Below are positions 8,037 through 18,499 of a DNA stretch of 64,000 bases, one piece after another (position 1 is the first letter of the stretch; every line of letters starts with the position of its first letter). The stretch is taken from contig JACNKA010000060.1 in the NCBI GenBank assembly GCA_014382285.1, forward strand, positions 6,987 to 70,986. The letters are read 5' to 3'. The position numbers and the translations under genes were made by a program. The DNA is from Nitrospinota bacterium (GTDB lineage Bacteria; Nitrospinota; Nitrospinia; Nitrospinales; VA-1). The notes under the pieces are model-generated. The model searched no databases. It was not told the origin of the DNA and saw nothing but the letters and a program-made list of their open reading frames with translations.

Positions 8037-10043
8037 CTAGTTTTGCTGAACAATTTTTTTTCTCTTCACTGTCAACGCAAAAATATTTTTTTCAGAATCT
8101 CCTGAGGGAAGCAAGGTCGTTTTCCCCGTAACCCCGGGAAAGTCTTTAACAGATTTCAAACTTTCCTTCATCTTGATCCGGTTATCGGCTCCCGCTAAAA
8201 CATTTTTAATAACAATGTTTGCCGCATCAAAAGCCTGAGCCGATAAATAGTTCGGCTCTTCACCAAAATTAGTTTTAAAATCCTGAACAAATTTTTTGAC
8301 CTCTGCCTGGTGAGAATCGGGATAGTAACCATCAACAAAATAAACTTTATTCAAATACTTCCCACCCATCTTGACCAGTTCGGGATCGTTCCAGCCATTA
8401 GCACCCAACAAGGTAACCGTATTGATATTATAAAAAGCCAATTGTGGAATGATCAGGCCTACTTTATCATAGACACCTGGAATAAAAATCGCGTCATAGC
8501 TCAACTCCAGCGACACTTTTAGTTTTTCAACATCATTCCCCGACCAATGCCCCATATCAATCAGTGGCCGGGATAAAGCAGAAGTGTCACTGAAGTCCGG
8601 TATCACACCTTCGCTCAACACTAAATCGCGGGCAATCTTTTCGAGATTATCATCCTCCACACCACCTAATTCCAGGATCTGTTTTTTAAAGTCATTTTGG
8701 GTGCGTTCATACCCGGCAACAGCAACCACCTCACCGCCCAGAGACTCCACTTCATTAATGAAAGTATCCTTCAATTCCAATCCAAAAGCTTCAAAAGGAT
8801 GTAACACAGCAAATCGTTTCAATTGGAGAGTGTTGACAGAATACTCTGCCAAAAATTTAGCTTGAATCTCCCGGGTCAACGCATTGCGGAACATAAAAGG
8901 GTTTTCATCCACCAGTCCATGGGTTGAGGCTGTGGGTGAAAATATGGGGATCTGATATTGCATGGCAACCTCACCCGCAATCTTAACCTCATCGCTCAAC
9001 AAGGGGCCAATGATACCCACAAGATTAGGCAACCCGGACAAGTCGGCTATAATTGATTTCATCGGTAATTGATGGCCAGAGTCCCTCACCTCCAATGCCA
9101 GTTTTTCGCGCGTTTGAAAAGGTAGCTGATTCACCGCGAGTTGAATTCCTTGCAATACCTTTTGCCCTGTCGACGCAAGTTTTCCGGTCAAAGGAAGAAT
9201 CACACCAATTTTAATTCTGGTCCCAGTATCCGCTTTTATCTGATTTAACCTGTTTTCCATCTCAGCTTTGCGAGCATGAGTCGGAAAGTTCTCAATAAAG
9301 TTTTTCAGACTTGTCATGTAGCTGGCAATATCCCCTGCCGCCCTCAAAAAAGATATTTTTCTCAACAATAAAAGATCCACGGGAAAACCAGGGCCTAATT
9401 TTTGAATCAAGGATGCAACCTGAGCTTCTCCCAGTTTTTCGTTGATCAAGCCCTCAGCAACCTCAGCCGCATATTTAACGATTTCTTTATTCCCAGTCTG
9501 TCCATGGACTTGCTTTAACTTAGTAAAAGCTTTTTCATAATCCATTCGCGCGCCATCAATCAAGGCTAAATGAACCATAACCTCCCACTTGCGTTTTTTA
9601 TCGGAAGTGGATCGCAAAACCATTTTAAACATAGATTCCGCGCTGCTATAGTCTGCCAATTCATATAGGCAAATAGCCATATTAAACCTTGCCGGATTTG
9701 CCAGCAGAGAGCCCGGAAAACTCTGCAAAAGAATTTGGTAGAAACGAACTGCTGTGGAATAAGAGTGGCTTGACTGATCTATCAAACCGAGGCGATACAA
9801 CGCCTGATGACTTCTTTGCCCTGACGAGTTTTGAGACAAGTAGTCATGGTAAAGCGGCTTGGCACCAAGAAAATCTCCTGAGTGAAACAGGTATTCGGCT
9901 TGCAAAAAAGGATCCCCTGGCAAAGCAGGTTTGACCTGCTCTATGTTGTCCTTCACTGAAACCTCTTTTTCAGCTCCGCCATAGGCCAGCCCGTAAATAG
10001 CAAGCTGGGAAAGCAAAATTAAATTAATGACTACTGTTTTCAT
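8037..10043 (-). CDS. TPR + periplasmic-binding-fold protein, LpoA-like PBP activator
   Basis: Signal peptide, TPR repeats, then KIGVILPLTG, IIGPL and AQAFDAA type I periplasmic-binding fold; converges on mrcA. Confidence 0.75.
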   Translation of the reverse strand: MKTVVINLILLSQLAIYGLAYGGAEKEVSVKDNIEQVKPALPGDPFLQAEYLFHSGDFLGAKPLYHDYLSQNSSGQRSHQALYRLGLIDQSSHSYSTAVRFYQILLQSFPGSLLANPARFNMAICLYELADYSSAESMFKMVLRSTSDKKRKWEVMVHLALIDGARMDYEKAFTKLKQVHGQTGNKEIVKYAAEVAEGLINEKLGEAQVASLIQKLGPGFPVDLLLLRKISFLRAAGDIASYMTSLKNFIENFPTHARKAEMENRLNQIKADTGTRIKIGVILPLTGKLASTGQKVLQGIQLAVNQLPFQTREKLALEVRDSGHQLPMKSIIADLSGLPNLVGIIGPLLSDEVKIAGEVAMQYQIPIFSPTASTHGLVDENPFMFRNALTREIQAKFLAEYSVNTLQLKRFAVLHPFEAFGLELKDTFINEVESLGGEVVAVAGYERTQNDFKKQILELGGVEDDNLEKIARDLVLSEGVIPDFSDTSALSRPLIDMGHWSGNDVEKLKVSLELSYDAIFIPGVYDKVGLIIPQLAFYNINTVTLLGANGWNDPELVKMGGKYLNKVYFVDGYYPDSHQAEVKKFVQDFKTNFGEEPNYLSAQAFDAANIVIKNVLAGADNRIKMKESLKSVKDFPGVTGKTTLLPSGDSEKNIFALTVKRKKIVQQN

Positions 10044-10064
10044 AAATCAGTTTTCGAACCTCAG

Positions 10065-11456
10065 TTAATCTTCTTTTTTCGACTTGCCCTTTAACTTGTG
10101 CTTCTGAATTCGGTATCTCATTGAACGAAAACTGAGGTTCAATGTTTCCGCCGCTTTATTGATGATGCCGTCAGAACGCACCAGGGCATTGGCTATCATT
10201 TTCTTTTCGATCTGGTCCAGGGTTTTTTCAAGGTCAATATTGCTCTGGTCGAGTTCAGGAACGCGGACCTTATCAGGAGACAATAGCCCGAGAAGTTCTT
10301 CCGGCAAACTGGTTTTGCGTATGTATTTTTCGGTCTCCAGCACAACGGCCCTTTCAATGACATTCTCCAACTCTCTCACGTTACCGGGCCAGGGATAGCG
10401 TTCAAAAACTTTCAAGGCATCTGGATCTATGCCTTGGATATAAGTTTTATTGTGCCGCGTATTATACTTAGTGATAAAAAAACCTACCAGATCTGGAATA
10501 TCTTCCTTGCGTTCCCTTAATGGCGGAAGGTGAATCGGGATGACATTCAACCGGTAAAACAAATCTTCACGGAAGGACTTGTTCTCCACTAAATCTGCAA
10601 GGTTGCTATTGGTTGCCGCGATGATTCTCAAATCGACGGGAATAGACTGGGTGCCCCCCAATCGCATGATTTCTTTCTCTTGCAAAACTCTCAATAGCTT
10701 GACCTGGGTCGATAACGGGGCATCGCCCACTTCGTCAAAAAAGAATGAACCTTTATTGGCCGATTCCATCAACCCTAACTTCATAGAGTCTGCACTGGTG
10801 AAGGCCCCTTTTTCATGTCCAAACAACTCACTTTCCAGAAGGGTTTCCGGCATCGCTCCACAGTTTATAGAGACAAAGGGATAATTTTTTCTATTGCCAT
10901 TAAAATGAATGGCTTTCGCGATAAGCTCTTTGCCCGTACCACTTTCACCTGTGATTAAAACGGTTGCTTTGCTTTGAGCAACCTTTTCCACCAAGTCAAA
11001 GATTCTCTGTATCGGCCCGGATTTTCCTATGATATTTGAAAACTTAAAACGGTCATTCAAGGCAGTCTTTAAAAACCGGTTTTCCGCAGCAAGCTGGCGT
11101 TTTTCTAAAGCGTTCTTGACGATCAGTTGAATATCTTCGATTTTGAATGGCTTGGAAATATAATCATAGGCACCCTTTTTCATGGCGGTTACAGCTGTTT
11201 CTGCAGACGCATAAGCCGTCATCATCACTACGGGTGTATCGGGGAGGGTATTACGGGCCGCATCCAAAACATCGATTCCGCTGGAGCGCCCCATACGGAT
11301 ATCGGTCAGAATCAAATCGAAATCATTTTCACGAATCAGCTTGATGGCTTTTTCAACACTGGATGCGGTGACAACCTGATAACCTTCTTCCTCAAGCATG
11401 ATCACCAGGAAGTCCCGCAAGCTTTTTTCATCGTCCGCAACCAGAATGGAACTCAT
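10065..11456 (-). CDS. Sigma54-dependent response regulator (NtrC/PilR family)
   Basis: REC domain, GESGTGKE, ESELFGHEKGAFT, FREDLFYRLNV, WPGNVRELEN, C-terminal HTH. Confidence 0.93.
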   Translation of the reverse strand: MSSILVADDEKSLRDFLVIMLEEEGYQVVTASSVEKAIKLIRENDFDLILTDIRMGRSSGIDVLDAARNTLPDTPVVMMTAYASAETAVTAMKKGAYDYISKPFKIEDIQLIVKNALEKRQLAAENRFLKTALNDRFKFSNIIGKSGPIQRIFDLVEKVAQSKATVLITGESGTGKELIAKAIHFNGNRKNYPFVSINCGAMPETLLESELFGHEKGAFTSADSMKLGLMESANKGSFFFDEVGDAPLSTQVKLLRVLQEKEIMRLGGTQSIPVDLRIIAATNSNLADLVENKSFREDLFYRLNVIPIHLPPLRERKEDIPDLVGFFITKYNTRHNKTYIQGIDPDALKVFERYPWPGNVRELENVIERAVVLETEKYIRKTSLPEELLGLLSPDKVRVPELDQSNIDLEKTLDQIEKKMIANALVRSDGIINKAAETLNLSFRSMRYRIQKHKLKGKSKKED

Positions 11457-11544
11457 GTTAAGATTCTATCGCCATTCTTACCTGCAAATCAATAAAGGTT
11501 GATAAAAAATTTCGCGTAATGTGAACCTGGTTGGAAGAAGCCCA

Positions 11545-12750
11545 TCAACGATTAAAGGTTTCTGCGTAGAGTTTTAAACGTAGGGCGTTGAGTTTTATGA
11601 ATCCCTCCGCATCGTTCTGACTGTATCCATGGCTCTCCTCAAAACTGGCTATATTCTGGTTATACAGCGATTTTTCAGCTTTTCGCCCTATGACAATGCA
11701 ATTGCCCTTATATAGTTTCAGTTTGACTTCACCCGTAACATTGGCCTGGGCATGATCCATGGTTTTTTGCAGCAGCTCCCTTTCAGGAGAAAACCAGAAA
11801 CCGTTGTAGATCATTTTGGCGTAGGAGGGAATCAGAGAATCGCGAAGAAAAGCAACCTCCCGATCCAGAGTGACGGATTCAACCGCTCGATGAGCTTCGT
11901 GCAGAATAGTTCCACCCGGAGTTTCATAGACCCCGCGTGACTTCATTCCCACAAAGCGATTCTCGACAATATCAATACGACCTATTCCATTTTCTCCACC
12001 ATACTGGTTCAGGCGTTCCAACAAAGTTGCAGGACTCATCCTTTCGCCGTTTACGGCAACGGGGTTTCCCTGTTCGTAAGCAATCTCTATGGTGGTTGCC
12101 TTATCGGGGGCCTTCTCAGGAGCCACCGACAATAAAAACATATCATCATGAGGCTCATACCAGGGGTCTTCTAACACCCCTCCCTCATAACTGATATGAA
12201 ACAAGTTGCGATCTGTGCTATAGGGCTTGGCCTTGGTGACAGGAACAGGAATCCCGTGTGTCACAGCATAATCGATCAAGGCTGTTCTGGAGGTAAGATC
12301 CCATTCACGCCACGGAGCAATAATCTTTATCTCAGGGTTGAGCGTGTGGTAAGCCAATTCAAAGCGAACCTGATCATTGCCTTTACCGGTCGAACCATGC
12401 GATACCCCATCGGCCCCTTCCATGCTGGCAATTCGTATCTGCTCTTTGGAAATCAAAGGCCGGGCAATGGAGGTCCCCAAAAGGTAATTATGTTCATAAA
12501 ATGCATTAGCCCGAAGCATGGGGAAAACAAAGTCCCGGGCAAACTCTTCCCGCAGGTCTTCGATATAAACCTTGCTGGCTCCGGTTGCCAGGGCCTTCTC
12601 CCTGACCGGTTCCAATTCTTGCCCTTGTCCCACATCGGCGGCAAAAGCGATGATTTCACAATCATATTTTTCCTTAAGCCATTTGATAATGACGGAGGTA
12701 TCCAGTCCCCCTGAATAGGCCAATACAATTTTTTTAACTTTCGTTGACAT
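11545..12750 (-). CDS. argG: Argininosuccinate synthase
   Basis: [30 protein letters not shown]. Confidence 0.98.
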   Translation of the reverse strand: MSTKVKKIVLAYSGGLDTSVIIKWLKEKYDCEIIAFAADVGQGQELEPVREKALATGASKVYIEDLREEFARDFVFPMLRANAFYEHNYLLGTSIARPLISKEQIRIASMEGADGVSHGSTGKGNDQVRFELAYHTLNPEIKIIAPWREWDLTSRTALIDYAVTHGIPVPVTKAKPYSTDRNLFHISYEGGVLEDPWYEPHDDMFLLSVAPEKAPDKATTIEIAYEQGNPVAVNGERMSPATLLERLNQYGGENGIGRIDIVENRFVGMKSRGVYETPGGTILHEAHRAVESVTLDREVAFLRDSLIPSYAKMIYNGFWFSPERELLQKTMDHAQANVTGEVKLKLYKGNCIVIGRKAEKSLYNQNIASFEESHGYSQNDAEGFIKLNALRLKLYAETFNR

Positions 12751-12811
12751 AACTGCTTTCTTTCCAGGTTAGAGAATCCGGTAGTGATCCCGAATCCAAA
12801 TAATAATCAAT

Positions 12812-13750
12812 TCACAAAACAAGAGCATATTGGGAGGCCCCCAATAATGGGGCAGACTCATCCATCACCACTTTCACAGGGATAGTTGAAAGATACTTTT
12901 TGAACCTCCCCTTGGAAAGAAACGCCTCCATAAACCCTCCTTCTTGCAACAAAGGTATGATCTTCGGAGCAATGCCTCCACCAAGATAAACCCCTCCCTC
13001 TGATAAATATTGCAACGCTAAATTTCCTGCCAAAGCACCGTACAAAGAAATAAATAGTTCTGCCGTTTTCTCACAAACCGGAGAAGTTTTTGCAATGGCC
13101 CTTTCAACGATAGTAATAGGAAAATCGATGGCTTCGTGTTCCGCATGCTTCGTCTTGAAAAACTTGTAAATATCCAACAAACCGGGACCCGACAATACAC
13201 GCTCTATGCTGACCCGCGAATATTTTTTTTGCAGGAAAAACAAAAGCTCTGCTTCCATCTCATTCCGGGGAGAAAAATCACAGTGTCCTCCTTCGGAATC
13301 CATGACGATGTGTTTTCCATTTTCCCCGGGAACAAGAAAGGCCTGCCCCAAACCCGTCCCTGCTGAAACCACCGATATTCTTGCTGCACTCACAGAGGTT
13401 CCGGTTTGGATGACTTCGAAAGCTTCAGGGCCTAAAAAAGGAATCGCGTATGCCGTTGCGGCCAAGTCGTTAATCAGCCAGACTGCATCCATCCCCAGGT
13501 TTTCCCTTAAGCGCTCGATCTCAACTTGCCATGAAAGATTGGTCAACCGGCATTTCCCATCAATGACCGGACCGGCCACACCAAAGCAGGCCTTCTCAAT
13601 CTTTGAATCATTGCCCGTTAAAAAGTCATCCAGTATCTCCTCAATACCAGAAAAATCCCGGCTTTCATAACGCTTTTCCGTTATCCGTGTTTTACCATCA
13701 AAAAGACCCAGATTGACCTTGGTTCCGCCTATATCACCCGCCAGTATCAT
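12812..13750 (-). CDS. glk: Glucokinase
   Basis: ILAGDIGGT, LIND, AGTGLG, SEGGH, ERVLSGPG. Start placed at ATG 13750 to avoid overlap with tal. Confidence 0.95.
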   Translation of the reverse strand: MILAGDIGGTKVNLGLFDGKTRITEKRYESRDFSGIEEILDDFLTGNDSKIEKACFGVAGPVIDGKCRLTNLSWQVEIERLRENLGMDAVWLINDLAATAYAIPFLGPEAFEVIQTGTSVSAARISVVSAGTGLGQAFLVPGENGKHIVMDSEGGHCDFSPRNEMEAELLFFLQKKYSRVSIERVLSGPGLLDIYKFFKTKHAEHEAIDFPITIVERAIAKTSPVCEKTAELFISLYGALAGNLALQYLSEGGVYLGGGIAPKIIPLLQEGGFMEAFLSKGRFKKYLSTIPVKVVMDESAPLLGASQYALVL

Positions 13751-13754
13751 CGTA

Positions 13755-14993
13755 TCATTTGAGAAACGAACGGATGCGCTCGTCCAACGCATTCTGGTCT
13801 TTGGTAAAAGACTGTAGCGCCGATTGTGTCATCAAATCATCCAGCGCCACAGATTCTGGCCATTCAGACAGGTTGGGAATTTTCCCATGATCCTGGATTT
13901 TCTTTAAATCATCATCGCTGAATGGATGAAACAGATTGACGCCACTGGATATTCGAGCAAGTTCATCGCCCTGCATGGAGTCCAGTTGTGGATTGGAAAC
14001 CAGAGCATTCACAAAATTTTCAAACTCATCAGACAGTTCCCAAAGTTCAGGAAAACGTTTCGCAAGGTCATGCTGCGGATCAATCCCCGGTTCAATATTA
14101 TCGTCAATATGAGACACGACCTGCTCATCAGGTTTCCCAGACTCCTGAAACTCTTTCATCGCCTTGGGCGGAATGGTCAACACATCCAACCCTGCTAGAA
14201 AAGCCACCTGCTCGCCGTTTCTAATACTGGCGGCAATCAATCGTGAACTCACGCCTTTATGGTTATCCCGCGCTGACTTTAACGCTCGTTGAGTAGCCAA
14301 AGTTACTTTTTCACCCACCAGTTCTCCCGTTCCGGCTTTGTGGTCAATAACCACTTGATTCAATCGTCCCAAAAACACGTTCACAAAATCAGGGTTGGCC
14401 AAACGCGCCGCCAGATAGTTTTGCCGGACTGAAAATCCCAAAGTAAAATTGATGGGGATTATTTCCTGCCTTAAAGTGCGAACCGCCAGATACCCCTCAG
14501 GGGTCAAAGGCACTTTGACAGTAAAATATTCCGGGCAAACCTTGTAATACCTACGACCAAAATGAAGGGTGCGCTCTATACTTCTGGATACCGCCGGGTG
14601 CAATTCAACACTGACCTTAACCTTGAAAGCCTGAACCAGACGCAGGGCAATCTTGCAATTGATCACAAACCCCACCTCCAGGATCATTTCCTCTTCAGAC
14701 AACTCCAACCCTTCCTGCCTGATTTTATGGATGGTGTCTTCAATGACCTTGTCCATGATTCCACTTTGCACCACTTGGTTTGCCAGGGTGTTATTGGTGG
14801 TCAAAGCCGTGAGTTCGTCCTTCCAAATTTCCTGAGCTTTTTCCAGTTCACCCGTGTCAACCCACACCTCAGTGCCAAGGGCTTTTAGCCTGGCTAATAA
14901 AGGGTCCGACTCGCTATGAGGTGACTCCCCCTCAATTTTTTCAAAAGCCAGTCCATGCATAACCTCTTCCAGCTTTCGGCTTACAGTATCCAT
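13755..14993 (-). CDS. tal: Transaldolase family protein (long form)
   Basis: WVDT, TTNN, VKVP Schiff-base Lys, NFTLGFS, FLGR, AASIR. AAAGGA RBS before ATG 14993. Confidence 0.8.
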   Translation of the reverse strand: MDTVSRKLEEVMHGLAFEKIEGESPHSESDPLLARLKALGTEVWVDTGELEKAQEIWKDELTALTTNNTLANQVVQSGIMDKVIEDTIHKIRQEGLELSEEEMILEVGFVINCKIALRLVQAFKVKVSVELHPAVSRSIERTLHFGRRYYKVCPEYFTVKVPLTPEGYLAVRTLRQEIIPINFTLGFSVRQNYLAARLANPDFVNVFLGRLNQVVIDHKAGTGELVGEKVTLATQRALKSARDNHKGVSSRLIAASIRNGEQVAFLAGLDVLTIPPKAMKEFQESGKPDEQVVSHIDDNIEPGIDPQHDLAKRFPELWELSDEFENFVNALVSNPQLDSMQGDELARISSGVNLFHPFSDDDLKKIQDHGKIPNLSEWPESVALDDLMTQSALQSFTKDQNALDERIRSFLK

Positions 14994-15006
14994 GTATTCA
15001 TCCTTT

Positions 15007-16308
15007 CTAAAAACCGGGTTTACCCAAAAGCTTGAACATATTTTTTTTATAAAACTCAACACCCGGCTGATCAAACGGGTTCACCCCATTCAAGTAACCG
15101 GTCATTGCCACCGCTCTCTCAAAAAAATAAAAAATCTGCCCCAGAGAGTATGGCGAACGATCTTTAATTTTCAGGGTCATGTTGGGAACGCCGCCCTCTT
15201 TGTGGGCGCTTGCCGTTCCCAGCCAAGCCTTCTCATTGACGGTATCCAGCGTTTCACCAGCGAGGTAGTTTAAACCGTCTGCATCATTATTAAAAGCCGG
15301 TATTTTCAACTGCCGCCGGGAGGACTCAAGAACTAAAAAGGTCTCAAAAATATTACGATTTCCCTCTTGAATCCATTGCCCCATAGAATGAAGGTCTGAG
15401 GTGAACTCTACAGACGAGGGGAAAATCCCTTTCAAATCCTTGCCCTCGCTTTCACCAGCCAACTGTTTCCACCAATCCGCCAGATAATGGAAAGCAGGTT
15501 GAAATGTTGCCAGAATTTCAGTGGTTTTCCCCTTCTGGTAAAGCAATTGACGCATCACCGCGTAATAGTAGGCGTCATTTTGACCCAGAGAGGAATTTGA
15601 ATACATTGTTTCGGCCAGACGAGCACCCGCCATCAATTCTTCAATATTTATACCCGCCACCGCCATGGGGAAAAGCCCTACCGGAGTCAATACCGAATAC
15701 CGACCCCCAACATCATCTGGAATCGCAAAAGTCCGATAACCCAATTCATCGGCAAGACTTTTAAGTGCGCCACGGCTGGAATCTGTGGTGACGACAATAC
15801 GATCCCGAGCCCCGTCAGAACCATATTTTTCCTCCATCATCTCCTTGAGCAGGCGAAAGGCTAAAGCCGGTTCGGTGGTGGTGCCCGATTTGGAAATCAC
15901 ATTGAGACAGACATCCCGGCCGGTTATCAGGTCAAAAAGATCGGCATGATAATCGGAACTGATATTCTGCCCGGCAAAATATATCTCCGGTCCGCCCTGC
16001 CTGCCATATTGGTTGGAAAAAGAAGAGCTCAGGTAGGAAATCCCGGCCCGGGCTCCCAGATAAGAACCACCGATACCCACAACAATAAAAGCGTCACATA
16101 CATTACGGATGGAGTCTGCTGTGGATTGTATCGCAGCCGCATCGGAAAAACCTGAAGGCAGACGTGACCAACCCAGATAGTCCGAGCCCTGACCGGTACC
16201 ATCCTCTAACGAGTCATGGCACAGGTCAACTCGCGACTGGAGATCATTGACCTCATGGTCAGAAACAAAGGAACTCAGGTTTTCACAATGAAGAGAAAGG
16301 TTCGACAT
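15007..16308 (-). CDS. pgi: Glucose-6-phosphate isomerase (short, Firmicutes-like type)
   Basis: GIGGSYLG, SKSGTTTE, VGGRYSV, ESEGKD, NPFDQPGVE. Confidence 0.97.
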   Translation of the reverse strand: MSNLSLHCENLSSFVSDHEVNDLQSRVDLCHDSLEDGTGQGSDYLGWSRLPSGFSDAAAIQSTADSIRNVCDAFIVVGIGGSYLGARAGISYLSSSFSNQYGRQGGPEIYFAGQNISSDYHADLFDLITGRDVCLNVISKSGTTTEPALAFRLLKEMMEEKYGSDGARDRIVVTTDSSRGALKSLADELGYRTFAIPDDVGGRYSVLTPVGLFPMAVAGINIEELMAGARLAETMYSNSSLGQNDAYYYAVMRQLLYQKGKTTEILATFQPAFHYLADWWKQLAGESEGKDLKGIFPSSVEFTSDLHSMGQWIQEGNRNIFETFLVLESSRRQLKIPAFNNDADGLNYLAGETLDTVNEKAWLGTASAHKEGGVPNMTLKIKDRSPYSLGQIFYFFERAVAMTGYLNGVNPFDQPGVEFYKKNMFKLLGKPGF

Positions 16309-16325
16309 GAAGTATGGGGTTCTGT

Positions 16326-16907
16326 TTATCTACTCAGTTTGCTGAATTTAGACCCTTCCAGGGTCAAGTTATACATCAAGCCTTTCTGGCCAAATACAAA
16401 TGCAACAATAGGGTCCTTAACATTGATGGTATCAAGAGAATCCCCCATACCCAGAGAGATCAATGCGACAGACCCATCCACACCGGCCTTCCAGCCATCG
16501 CTGTTTCTAAACTGCGTCAAAGCACTCCCCTCGGTGAAGACCAGAACGATTGATTTTGCCTGAGCACCCAGTTGAAACCCTATCGAAGCCGCCATAGTAC
16601 TGTAATAATCAGCAGTCTTACCACCAATCCGTAAAGCACCTTCACCATATTCTCCGCCAATACCAATTCCGACTTTAATAACCGAAGGAAAAACCAACAC
16701 CCCTTTTGCCTTCTTTATAAAGCTGGAGGCACCAGGAATTTCCTTGTTAAAACGATCCAAAGTGACATCCACGCTCACATCTATTTCTTTAGCAGTTCCA
16801 GAAAATGCCACGCCAGCAGAACATATTAAAATCAGACCCACCAAAATCCATCGTATGGAATTCGAAGCAATTATCTGTGGCACTTGCAAAAAAGCCTTAC
16901 GAATCAT
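16326..16907 (-). CDS. Secreted Ysc84/SYLF lipid-binding domain protein
   Basis: AKGVLVFPSVIK.G.GIGGEYGEGAL, SIGFQLGAQ, GLMYNLTLEGSK. Confidence 0.85.
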   Translation of the reverse strand: MIRKAFLQVPQIIASNSIRWILVGLILICSAGVAFSGTAKEIDVSVDVTLDRFNKEIPGASSFIKKAKGVLVFPSVIKVGIGIGGEYGEGALRIGGKTADYYSTMAASIGFQLGAQAKSIVLVFTEGSALTQFRNSDGWKAGVDGSVALISLGMGDSLDTINVKDPIVAFVFGQKGLMYNLTLEGSKFSKLSR

Positions 16908-17154
16908 CTATAGAGTCCTCTCAAATCAGGTTTCTGAAATTAAATTCTTTCTAAACATAACATGACTATATGGTTCAGATTCTCCATTTCATTGGAAACA
17001 AAAATAGCTCAGCGTCCAATAAATAACATTAAGTAAGCATACCTAATTATATTAATAGAATAGTTTATTTTCATATAAATTAAACGCTTTACAATTTAAC
17101 ATTACCTGTTAATATAAAAATATAACCGCTAACCTTGTTGCGTGGAGTTGTCAC

Positions 17155-17346
17155 ATGTTTTACGAAACAAGAGTTTTAGATGCATACGGAAACCTCAAGC
17201 AAATTATCTCTGCCAAGGAGTTGCAAAACCGGCACTGGCGTAACTTTCAAGAATCGGAGTCAAACTTAGGCATTTATCCCAAGAAAAATTCATCTACGCC
17301 GTCAAAAAAAAAGAGGAACAAAGGCTTATCGCTGGAACATCACTAA
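17155..17346 (+). CDS. Small hypothetical protein (63 aa)
   Basis: GGAG RBS, ATG start, sole ORF after an AT-rich promoter region. Confidence 0.65.
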   Translation: MFYETRVLDAYGNLKQIISAKELQNRHWRNFQESESNLGIYPKKNSSTPSKKKRNKGLSLEHH

Positions 17347-17349
17347 TAA

Positions 17350-17520
17350 GCCAGGCAATCCAAACTTATACCACCCTCTAGCGAGGGAATTAAAATCGAA
17401 GCACTAGCGCCTTCATTATGGAGTGACGGTTTAACGCTGAGTATCGCCACAGACGATGAAAATTATGGCGGATCATTTCGTCAGATAGATCCCTCCAACT
17501 GCTGGTCTATCCCTGATTAA
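17350..17520 (+). pseudogene. Start-less gene remnant (...KIEAL...SIATDDENYGG...)
   Basis: 56 open codons with protein-like composition, no ATG or RBS, following TAA TAA of the preceding ORF in the same frame. Confidence 0.35.
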
Positions 17521-17533
17521 GCGTTTTTCAGCT

Positions 17534-18487
17534 TTACTCGGTCAGGCCTTTTTCTGCGAGCCAACGTTCCGCTTCCAGAGCGGCGGCACAGCCCGTGCCC
17601 GCAGCGGTGACAGCCTGGCGGTATTTATGATCATGCACATCTCCGGCGGCAAAGACCCCTTCAATATTGGTTTCCTGAGTTCCCGGTTTCAATTTGATGT
17701 ATCCAGCATCATCCAGGTCCAATTGTCCATTGAAGATGGACGTATTAGGTGTGTGCCCGATCGCATAAAAAAGACCCGTGACTTCGACCTCTTTCACTTC
17801 CTGGGTCTTAACATTTTTCAGACGAGCCCCGGTTACATAATCGACGCCGACAGCATCCTCAAGAACCGTATCCCAAAGGATTTCCAGTTTCGGGTGCTTT
17901 AGCGCTCTCTCCTGCATGATTTTGGAAGCTCTGAGTTGGTCACGCCGATGCACAAGATAAACCACCGAGCCGAATTTGGCTAAATAAGTGGCCTCTTCCA
18001 CTGCCGTATCCCCTCCTCCGATGACCATCAGCGGCTGGTTGCGAAACATAGGAAGTGCGCCGTCACAAACCGCACAAGCTGACATGCCGTTGTTCCACAT
18101 TTTTTCTTCATTTGGGACACCCATTCGCTTTGCTGTCGCGCCAGTGGAAATGATCACCGAATGCGCTTTCACTTCACGGTTCTCAGATTTCAATACAAAT
18201 GGACGCTGACTGAAATCGGCAGAGATAACATCTTCCTGAACCATTTCCGTGGCGAATCGCTCGGACTGTTTGCGGAACAACTGCATCAACTCCGGCCCTT
18301 CAACCCCTTCGGGAAACCCAGGATAGTTTTCAACTTCCGTAGTGGTGGTCAGCTGTCCTCCTGCTGAGCCACCCATCATATAACCTTCAAACATAAAAGG
18401 GCTGAGATTAGCCCTGGCAGAATAAATTGCGGCAGTATGCCCAGCGGGCCCCGAACCGACGATGACAACATTTTTAACATCCGACAT
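17534..18487 (-). CDS. trxB: Thioredoxin reductase
   Basis: GSGPAG, GGQL, CAVCDG, GGGDTA, HRRD, FAAGD. Confidence 0.97.
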   Translation of the reverse strand: MSDVKNVVIVGSGPAGHTAAIYSARANLSPFMFEGYMMGGSAGGQLTTTTEVENYPGFPEGVEGPELMQLFRKQSERFATEMVQEDVISADFSQRPFVLKSENREVKAHSVIISTGATAKRMGVPNEEKMWNNGMSACAVCDGALPMFRNQPLMVIGGGDTAVEEATYLAKFGSVVYLVHRRDQLRASKIMQERALKHPKLEILWDTVLEDAVGVDYVTGARLKNVKTQEVKEVEVTGLFYAIGHTPNTSIFNGQLDLDDAGYIKLKPGTQETNIEGVFAAGDVHDHKYRQAVTAAGTGCAAALEAERWLAEKGLTE

Positions 18488-18499
18488 AGTTTATCCTTT

